DNA from: Octopus sinensis
Taxonomy: Eukaryota
DNA: 64,000 nt
Assembly (NCBI RefSeq): GCF_006345805.1
Contig: NC_043011.1
Location: forward strand, 23,014,464-23,078,463
Reading direction: 5' to 3'
This document shows, piece after piece, positions 53,801 to 64,000 of the stretch. A program made the position numbers and the translations under genes. Position 1 is the stretch's first letter. Every line of letters starts with the position of its first letter. A model generated the notes under the pieces. The model was not told the origin of the DNA. It saw only the letters and a list, made by a program, of their open reading frames with translations, and did no database searches.

Positions 53801-56800
53801 CAGCCAGACACATCGTGATTGTATAACGGGACAGTTGCCGCGCAAGAAACCTTCATCTGAAGATCCACTCGCATGAAAGCAGTCGAAAAATATATCCTAA
53901 TCTGACTTTATACTCATAAAAAAAGCTGTGATGAAATAACAGCCAGACACATCGTGATTGTATAACGGGACAGTTGCCGCGCAAGAAACCTTCATCTGAA
54001 GATCCACTCGCATGAAAGCAGTCGAAAAATATATCCTAATCTGACTTTATACTCATAAAAAAAGCTGTGATGAAATAACAGCCAGACACATCGTGATTGT
54101 ATAACGGGACAGTTGCCGCGCAAGAAACCTTCATCTGAAGATCCACTCGCATGAAAGCAGTCGAAAAATATATCCTAATCTGACTTTATACTCATAAAAA
54201 AAGCTGTGATGAAATAACAGCCAGACACATCGTGATTGTATAACGGGACAGTTGCCGCGCAAGAAACCTTCATCTGAAGATCCACTCGCATGAAAGCAGT
54301 CGAAAAATATATCCTAATCTGACTTTATACTCATAAAAAAAGCTGTGATGAAATAACAGCCAGACACATCGTGATTGTATAACGGGACAGTTGCCGCGCA
54401 AGAAACCTTCATCTGAAGATCCACTCGCATGAAAGCAGTCGAAAAATATATCCTAATCTGACTTTATACTCATAAAAAAAGCTGTGATGAAATAACAGCC
54501 AGACACATCGTGATTGTATAACGGGACAGTTGCCGCGCAAGAAACCTTCATCTGAAGATCCACTCGCATGAAAGCAGTCGAAAAATATATCCTAATCTGA
54601 CTTTATACTCATAAAAAAAGCTGTGATGAAATAACAGCCAGACACATCGTGATTGTATAACGGGACAGTTGCCGCGCAAGAAACCTTCATCTGAAGATCC
54701 ACTCGCATGAAAGCAGTCGAAAAATATATCCTAATCTGACTTTATACTCATAAAAAAAGCTGTGATGAAATAACAGCCAGACACATCGTGATTGTATAAC
54801 GGGACAGTTGCCGCGCAAGAAACCTTCATCTGAAGATCCACTCGCATGAAAGCAGTCGAAAAATATATCCTAATCTGACTTTATACTCATAAAAAAAGCT
54901 GTGATGAAATAACAGCCAGACACATCGTGATTGTATAACGGGACAGTTGCCGCGCAAGAAACCTTCATCTGAAGATCCACTCGCATGAAAGCAGTCGAAA
55001 AATATATCCTAATCTGACTTTATACTCATAAAAAAAGCTGTGATGAAATAACAGCCAGACACATCGTGATTGTATAACGGGACAGTTGCCGCGCAAGAAA
55101 CCTTCATCTGAAGATCCACTCGCATGAAAGCAGTCGAAAAATATATCCTAATCTGACTTTATACTCATAAAAAAAGCTGTGATGAAATAACAGCCAGACA
55201 CATCGTGATTGTATAACGGGACAGTTGCCGCGCAAGAAACCTTCATCTGAAGATCCACTCGCATGAAAGCAGTCGAAAAATATATCCTAATCTGACTTTA
55301 TACTCATAAAAAAAGCTGTGATGAAATAACAGCCAGACACATCGTGATTGTATAACGGGACAGTTGCCGCGCAAGAAACCTTCATCTGAAGATCCACTCG
55401 CATGAAAGCAGTCGAAAAATATATCCTAATCTGACTTTATACTCATAAAAAAAGCTGTGATGAAATAACAGCCAGACACATCGTGATTGTATAACGGGAC
55501 AGTTGCCGCGCAAGAAACCTTCATCTGAAGATCCACTCGCATGAAAGCAGTCGAAAAATATATCCTAATCTGACTTTATACTCATAAAAAAAGCTGTGAT
55601 GAAATAACAGCCAGACACATCGTGATTGTATAACGGGACAGTTGCCGCGCAAGAAACCTTCATCTGAAGATCCACTCGCATGAAAGCAGTCGAAAAATAT
55701 ATCCTAATCTGACTTTATACTCATAAAAAAAGCTGTGATGAAATAACAGCCAGACACATCGTGATTGTATAACGGGACAGTTGCCGCGCAAGAAACCTTC
55801 ATCTGAAGATCCACTCGCATGAAAGCAGTCGAAAAATATATCCTAATCTGACTTTATACTCATAAAAAAAGCTGTGATGAAATAACAGCCAGACACATCG
55901 TGATTGTATAACGGGACAGTTGCCGCGCAAGAAACCTTCATCTGAAGATCCACTCGCATGAAAGCAGTCGAAAAATATATCCTAATCTGACTTTATACTC
56001 ATAAAAAAAGCTGTGATGAAATAACAGCCAGACACATCGTGATTGTATAACGGGACAGTTGCCGCGCAAGAAACCTTCATCTGAAGATCCACTCGCATGA
56101 AAGCAGTCGAAAAATATATCCTAATCTGACTTTATACTCATAAAAAAAGCTGTGATGAAATAACAGCCAGACACATCGTGATTGTATAACGGGACAGTTG
56201 CCGCGCAAGAAACCTTCATCTGAAGATCCACTCGCATGAAAGCAGTCGAAAAATATATCCTAATCTGACTTTATACTCATAAAAAAAGCTGTGATGAAAT
56301 AACAGCCAGACACATCGTGATTGTATAACGGGACAGTTGCCGCGCAAGAAACCTTCATCTGAAGATCCACTCGCATGAAAGCAGTCGAAAAATATATCCT
56401 AATCTGACTTTATACTCATAAAAAAAGCTGTGATGAAATAACAGCCAGACACATCGTGATTGTATAACGGGACAGTTGCCGCGCAAGAAACCTTCATCTG
56501 AAGATCCACTCGCATGAAAGCAGTCGAAAAATATATCCTAATCTGACTTTATACTCATAAAAAAAGCTGTGATGAAATAACAGCCAGACACATCGTGATT
56601 GTATAACGGGACAGTTGCCGCGCAAGAAACCTTCATCTGAAGATCCACTCGCATGAAAGCAGTCGAAAAATATATCCTAATCTGACTTTATACTCATAAA
56701 AAAAGCTGTGATGAAATAACAGCCAGACACATCGTGATTGTATAACGGGACAGTTGCCGCGCAAGAAACCTTCATCTGAAGATCCACTCGCATGAAAGCA

Positions 56801-59800
56801 GTCGAAAAATATATCCTAATCTGACTTTATACTCATAAAAAAAGCTGTGATGAAATAACAGCCAGACACATCGTGATTGTATAACGGGACAGTTGCCGCG
56901 CAAGAAACCTTCATCTGAAGATCCACTCGCATGAAAGCAGTCGAAAAATATATCCTAATCTGACTTTATACTCATAAAAAAAGCTGTGATGAAATAACAG
57001 CCAGACACATCGTGATTGTATAACGGGACAGTTGCCGCGCAAGAAACCTTCATCTGAAGATCCACTCGCATGAAAGCAGTCGAAAAATATATCCTAATCT
57101 GACTTTATACTCATAAAAAAAGCTGTGATGAAATAACAGCCAGACACATCGTGATTGTATAACGGGACAGTTGCCGCGCAAGAAACCTTCATCTGAAGAT
57201 CCACTCGCATGAAAGCAGTCGAAAAATATATCCTAATCTGACTTTATACTCATAAAAAAAGCTGTGATGAAATAACAGCCAGACACATCGTGATTGTATA
57301 ACGGGACAGTTGCCGCGCAAGAAACCTTCATCTGAAGATCCACTCGCATGAAAGCAGTCGAAAAATATATCCTAATCTGACTTTATACTCATAAAAAAAG
57401 CTGTGATGAAATAACAGCCAGACACATCGTGATTGTATAACGGGACAGTTGCCGCGCAAGAAACCTTCATCTGAAGATCCACTCGCATGAAAGCAGTCGA
57501 AAAATATATCCTAATCTGACTTTATACTCATAAAAAAAGCTGTGATGAAATAACAGCCAGACACATCGTGATTGTATAACGGGACAGTTGCCGCGCAAGA
57601 AACCTTCATCTGAAGATCCACTCGCATGAAAGCAGTCGAAAAATATATCCTAATCTGACTTTATACTCATAAAAAAAGCTGTGATGAAATAACAGCCAGA
57701 CACATCGTGATTGTATAACGGGACAGTTGCCGCGCAAGAAACCTTCATCTGAAGATCCACTCGCATGAAAGCAGTCGAAAAATATATCCTAATCTGACTT
57801 TATACTCATAAAAAAAGCTGTGATGAAATAACAGCCAGACACATCGTGATTGTATAACGGGACAGTTGCCGCGCAAGAAACCTTCATCTGAAGATCCACT
57901 CGCATGAAAGCAGTCGAAAAATATATCCTAATCTGACTTTATACTCATAAAAAAAGCTGTGATGAAATAACAGCCAGACACATCGTGATTGTATAACGGG
58001 ACAGTTGCCGCGCAAGAAACCTTCATCTGAAGATCCACTCGCATGAAAGCAGTCGAAAAATATATCCTAATCTGACTTTATACTCATAAAAAAAGCTGTG
58101 ATGAAATAACAGCCAGACACATCGTGATTGTATAACGGGACAGTTGCCGCGCAAGAAACCTTCATCTGAAGATCCACTCGCATGAAAGCAGTCGAAAAAT
58201 ATATCCTAATCTGACTTTATACTCATAAAAAAAGCTGTGATGAAATAACAGCCAGACACATCGTGATTGTATAACGGGACAGTTGCCGCGCAAGAAACCT
58301 TCATCTGAAGATCCACTCGCATGAAAGCAGTCGAAAAATATATCCTAATCTGACTTTATACTCATAAAAAAAGCTGTGATGAAATAACAGCCAGACACAT
58401 CGTGATTGTATAACGGGACAGTTGCCGCGCAAGAAACCTTCATCTGAAGATCCACTCGCATGAAAGCAGTCGAAAAATATATCCTAATCTGACTTTATAC
58501 TCATAAAAAAAGCTGTGATGAAATAACAGCCAGACACATCGTGATTGTATAACGGGACAGTTGCCGCGCAAGAAACCTTCATCTGAAGATCCACTCGCAT
58601 GAAAGCAGTCGAAAAATATATCCTAATCTGACTTTATACTCATAAAAAAAGCTGTGATGAAATAACAGCCAGACACATCGTGATTGTATAACGGGACAGT
58701 TGCCGCGCAAGAAACCTTCATCTGAAGATCCACTCGCATGAAAGCAGTCGAAAAATATATCCTAATCTGACTTTATACTCATAAAAAAAGCTGTGATGAA
58801 ATAACAGCCAGACACATCGTGATTGTATAACGGGACAGTTGCCGCGCAAGAAACCTTCATCTGAAGATCCACTCGCATGAAAGCAGTCGAAAAATATATC
58901 CTAATCTGACTTTATACTCATAAAAAAAGCTGTGATGAAATAACAGCCAGACACATCGTGATTGTATAACGGGACAGTTGCCGCGCAAGAAACCTTCATC
59001 TGAAGATCCACTCGCATGAAAGCAGTCGAAAAATATATCCTAATCTGACTTTATACTCATAAAAAAAGCTGTGATGAAATAACAGCCAGACACATCGTGA
59101 TTGTATAACGGGACAGTTGCCGCGCAAGAAACCTTCATCTGAAGATCCACTCGCATGAAAGCAGTCGAAAAATATATCCTAATCTGACTTTATACTCATA
59201 AAAAAAGCTGTGATGAAATAACAGCCAGACACATCGTGATTGTATAACGGGACAGTTGCCGCGCAAGAAACCTTCATCTGAAGATCCACTCGCATGAAAG
59301 CAGTCGAAAAATATATCCTAATCTGACTTTATACTCATAAAAAAAGCTGTGATGAAATAACAGCCAGACACATCGTGATTGTATAACGGGACAGTTGCCG
59401 CGCAAGAAACCTTCATCTGAAGATCCACTCGCATGAAAGCAGTCGAAAAATATATCCTAATCTGACTTTATACTCATAAAAAAAGCTGTGATGAAATAAC
59501 AGCCAGACACATCGTGATTGTATAACGGGACAGTTGCCGCGCAAGAAACCTTCATCTGAAGATCCACTCGCATGAAAGCAGTCGAAAAATATATCCTAAT
59601 CTGACTTTATACTCATAAAAAAAGCTGTGATGAAATAACAGCCAGACACATCGTGATTGTATAACGGGACAGTTGCCGCGCAAGAAACCTTCATCTGAAG
59701 ATCCACTCGCATGAAAGCAGTCGAAAAATATATCCTAATCTGACTTTATACTCATAAAAAAAGCTGTGATGAAATAACAGCCAGACACATCGTGATTGTA

Positions 59801-62800
59801 TAACGGGACAGTTGCCGCGCAAGAAACCTTCATCTGAAGATCCACTCGCATGAAAGCAGTCGAAAAATATATCCTAATCTGACTTTATACTCATAAAAAA
59901 AGCTGTGATGAAATAACAGCCAGACACATCGTGATTGTATAACGGGACAGTTGCCGCGCAAGAAACCTTCATCTGAAGATCCACTCGCATGAAAGCAGTC
60001 GAAAAATATATCCTAATCTGACTTTATACTCATAAAAAAAGCTGTGATGAAATAACAGCCAGACACATCGTGATTGTATAACGGGACAGTTGCCGCGCAA
60101 GAAACCTTCATCTGAAGATCCACTCGCATGAAAGCAGTCGAAAAATATATCCTAATCTGACTTTATACTCATAAAAAAAGCTGTGATGAAATAACAGCCA
60201 GACACATCGTGATTGTATAACGGGACAGTTGCCGCGCAAGAAACCTTCATCTGAAGATCCACTCGCATGAAAGCAGTCGAAAAATATATCCTAATCTGAC
60301 TTTATACTCATAAAAAAAGCTGTGATGAAATAACAGCCAGACACATCGTGATTGTATAACGGGACAGTTGCCGCGCAAGAAACCTTCATCTGAAGATCCA
60401 CTCGCATGAAAGCAGTCGAAAAATATATCCTAATCTGACTTTATACTCATAAAAAAAGCTGTGATGAAATAACAGCCAGACACATCGTGATTGTATAACG
60501 GGACAGTTGCCGCGCAAGAAACCTTCATCTGAAGATCCACTCGCATGAAAGCAGTCGAAAAATATATCCTAATCTGACTTTATACTCATAAAAAAAGCTG
60601 TGATGAAATAACAGCCAGACACATCGTGATTGTATAACGGGACAGTTGCCGCGCAAGAAACCTTCATCTGAAGATCCACTCGCATGAAAGCAGTCGAAAA
60701 ATATATCCTAATCTGACTTTATACTCATAAAAAAAGCTGTGATGAAATAACAGCCAGACACATCGTGATTGTATAACGGGACAGTTGCCGCGCAAGAAAC
60801 CTTCATCTGAAGATCCACTCGCATGAAAGCAGTCGAAAAATATATCCTAATCTGACTTTATACTCATAAAAAAAGCTGTGATGAAATAACAGCCAGACAC
60901 ATCGTGATTGTATAACGGGACAGTTGCCGCGCAAGAAACCTTCATCTGAAGATCCACTCGCATGAAAGCAGTCGAAAAATATATCCTAATCTGACTTTAT
61001 ACTCATAAAAAAAGCTGTGATGAAATAACAGCCAGACACATCGTGATTGTATAACGGGACAGTTGCCGCGCAAGAAACCTTCATCTGAAGATCCACTCGC
61101 ATGAAAGCAGTCGAAAAATATATCCTAATCTGACTTTATACTCATAAAAAAAGCTGTGATGAAATAACAGCCAGACACATCGTGATTGTATAACGGGACA
61201 GTTGCCGCGCAAGAAACCTTCATCTGAAGATCCACTCGCATGAAAGCAGTCGAAAAATATATCCTAATCTGACTTTATACTCATAAAAAAAGCTGTGATG
61301 AAATAACAGCCAGACACATCGTGATTGTATAACGGGACAGTTGCCGCGCAAGAAACCTTCATCTGAAGATCCACTCGCATGAAAGCAGTCGAAAAATATA
61401 TCCTAATCTGACTTTATACTCATAAAAAAAGCTGTGATGAAATAACAGCCAGACACATCGTGATTGTATAACGGGACAGTTGCCGCGCAAGAAACCTTCA
61501 TCTGAAGATCCACTCGCATGAAAGCAGTCGAAAAATATATCCTAATCTGACTTTATACTCATAAAAAAAGCTGTGATGAAATAACAGCCAGACACATCGT
61601 GATTGTATAACGGGACAGTTGCCGCGCAAGAAACCTTCATCTGAAGATCCACTCGCATGAAAGCAGTCGAAAAATATATCCTAATCTGACTTTATACTCA
61701 TAAAAAAAGCTGTGATGAAATAACAGCCAGACACATCGTGATTGTATAACGGGACAGTTGCCGCGCAAGAAACCTTCATCTGAAGATCCACTCGCATGAA
61801 AGCAGTCGAAAAATATATCCTAATCTGACTTTATACTCATAAAAAAAGCTGTGATGAAATAACAGCCAGACACATCGTGATTGTATAACGGGACAGTTGC
61901 CGCGCAAGAAACCTTCATCTGAAGATCCACTCGCATGAAAGCAGTCGAAAAATATATCCTAATCTGACTTTATACTCATAAAAAAAGCTGTGATGAAATA
62001 ACAGCCAGACACATCGTGATTGTATAACGGGACAGTTGCCGCGCAAGAAACCTTCATCTGAAGATCCACTCGCATGAAAGCAGTCGAAAAATATATCCTA
62101 ATCTGACTTTATACTCATAAAAAAAGCTGTGATGAAATAACAGCCAGACACATCGTGATTGTATAACGGGACAGTTGCCGCGCAAGAAACCTTCATCTGA
62201 AGATCCACTCGCATGAAAGCAGTCGAAAAATATATCCTAATCTGACTTTATACTCATAAAAAAAGCTGTGATGAAATAACAGCCAGACACATCGTGATTG
62301 TATAACGGGACAGTTGCCGCGCAAGAAACCTTCATCTGAAGATCCACTCGCATGAAAGCAGTCGAAAAATATATCCTAATCTGACTTTATACTCATAAAA
62401 AAAGCTGTGATGAAATAACAGCCAGACACATCGTGATTGTATAACGGGACAGTTGCCGCGCAAGAAACCTTCATCTGAAGATCCACTCGCATGAAAGCAG
62501 TCGAAAAATATATCCTAATCTGACTTTATACTCATAAAAAAAGCTGTGATGAAATAACAGCCAGACACATCGTGATTGTATAACGGGACAGTTGCCGCGC
62601 AAGAAACCTTCATCTGAAGATCCACTCGCATGAAAGCAGTCGAAAAATATATCCTAATCTGACTTTATACTCATAAAAAAAGCTGTGATGAAATAACAGC
62701 CAGACACATCGTGATTGTATAACGGGACAGTTGCCGCGCAAGAAACCTTCATCTGAAGATCCACTCGCATGAAAGCAGTCGAAAAATATATCCTAATCTG

Positions 62801-64000
62801 ACTTTATACTCATAAAAAAAGCTGTGATGAAATAACAGCCAGACACATCGTGATTGTATAACGGGACAGTTGCCGCGCAAGAAACCTTCATCTGAAGATC
62901 CACTCGCATGAAAGCAGTCGAAAAATATATCCTAATCTGACTTTATACTCATAAAAAAAGCTGTGATGAAATAACAGCCAGACACATCGTGATTGTATAA
63001 CGGGACAGTTGCCGCGCAAGAAACCTTCATCTGAAGATCCACTCGCATGAAAGCAGTCGAAAAATATATCCTAATCTGACTTTATACTCATAAAAAAAGC
63101 TGTGATGAAATAACAGCCAGACACATCGTGATTGTATAACGGGACAGTTGCCGCGCAAGAAACCTTCATCTGAAGATCCACTCGCATGAAAGCAGTCGAA
63201 AAATATATCCTAATCTGACTTTATACTCATAAAAAAAGCTGTGATGAAATAACAGCCAGACACATCGTGATTGTATAACGGGACAGTTGCCGCGCAAGAA
63301 ACCTTCATCTGAAGATCCACTCGCATGAAAGCAGTCGAAAAATATATCCTAATCTGACTTTATACTCATAAAAAAAGCTGTGATGAAATAACAGCCAGAC
63401 ACATCGTGATTGTATAACGGGACAGTTGCCGCGCAAGAAACCTTCATCTGAAGATCCACTCGCATGAAAGCAGTCGAAAAATATATCCTAATCTGACTTT
63501 ATACTCATAAAAAAAGCTGTGATGAAATAACAGCCAGACACATCGTGATTGTATAACGGGACAGTTGCCGCGCAAGAAACCTTCATCTGAAGATCCACTC
63601 GCATGAAAGCAGTCGAAAAATATATCCTAATCTGACTTTATACTCATAAAAAAAGCTGTGATGAAATAACAGCCAGACACATCGTGATTGTATAACGGGA
63701 CAGTTGCCGCGCAAGAAACCTTCATCTGAAGATCCACTCGCATGAAAGCAGTCGAAAAATATATCCTAATCTGACTTTATACTCATAAAAAAAGCTGTGA
63801 TGAAATAACAGCCAGACACATCGTGATTGTATAACGGGACAGTTGCCGCGCAAGAAACCTTCATCTGAAGATCCACTCGCATGAAAGCAGTCGAAAAATA
63901 TATCCTAATCTGACTTTATACTCATAAAAAAAGCTGTGATGAAATAACAGCCAGACACATCGTGATTGTATAACGGGACAGTTGCCGCGCAAGAAACCTT
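26864..64000. repeat. 139-bp tandem satellite, ~267 copies, continuing past the window end
   Basis: Monomer aaataacagccagacacatcgtgattgtataacgggacagttgccgcgcaagaaaccttcatctgaagatccactcgcatgaaagcagtcgaaaaatatatcctaatctgactttatactcataaaaaaagctgtgatg (27001-27139; 55/139 G+C). Near-identical copies. Confidence 0.99.

Noticed and set aside
26864-64000. CRISPR array or repeat-encoded protein (ORFs such as MRGNCPVIQSR...)
   Set aside because: There are no unique spacers and no cas genes. 139 is not a multiple of 3, and the ORFs appear only where single-base indels bridge stops.

Overview
Eukaryotic, gene-free, AT- and microsatellite-rich DNA. The SINE families and 5S-type sequence suggest an octopus or other cephalopod (inference). 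Positions 1-26.9 kb are a dense nest of decayed mobile elements: a DD40/41D Tc1-mariner, a hAT (Buster/Charlie-like) transposase relic, several MITEs, tRNA-derived SINEs (one family in a head-to-tail cluster), a 5S-headed retroposon, RTE and ORF1-only LINE fragments, and (TA)n-anchored fold-back palindromes. These fold-backs and nearby repeats carry at least four minimal type I hammerhead-ribozyme motifs of the Penelope/retrozyme kind, two of them with a compensatory U3-A8 core. From 26864 to the end of the window lies an almost perfectly homogeneous 139-bp satellite (~267 copies, running off the window). It has an abrupt edge, many short dyad symmetries and hammerhead-like core words, and is a candidate centromeric or ribozyme-derived satellite. 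No intact host protein-coding gene is visible; most listed ORFs are microsatellite or satellite artefacts.
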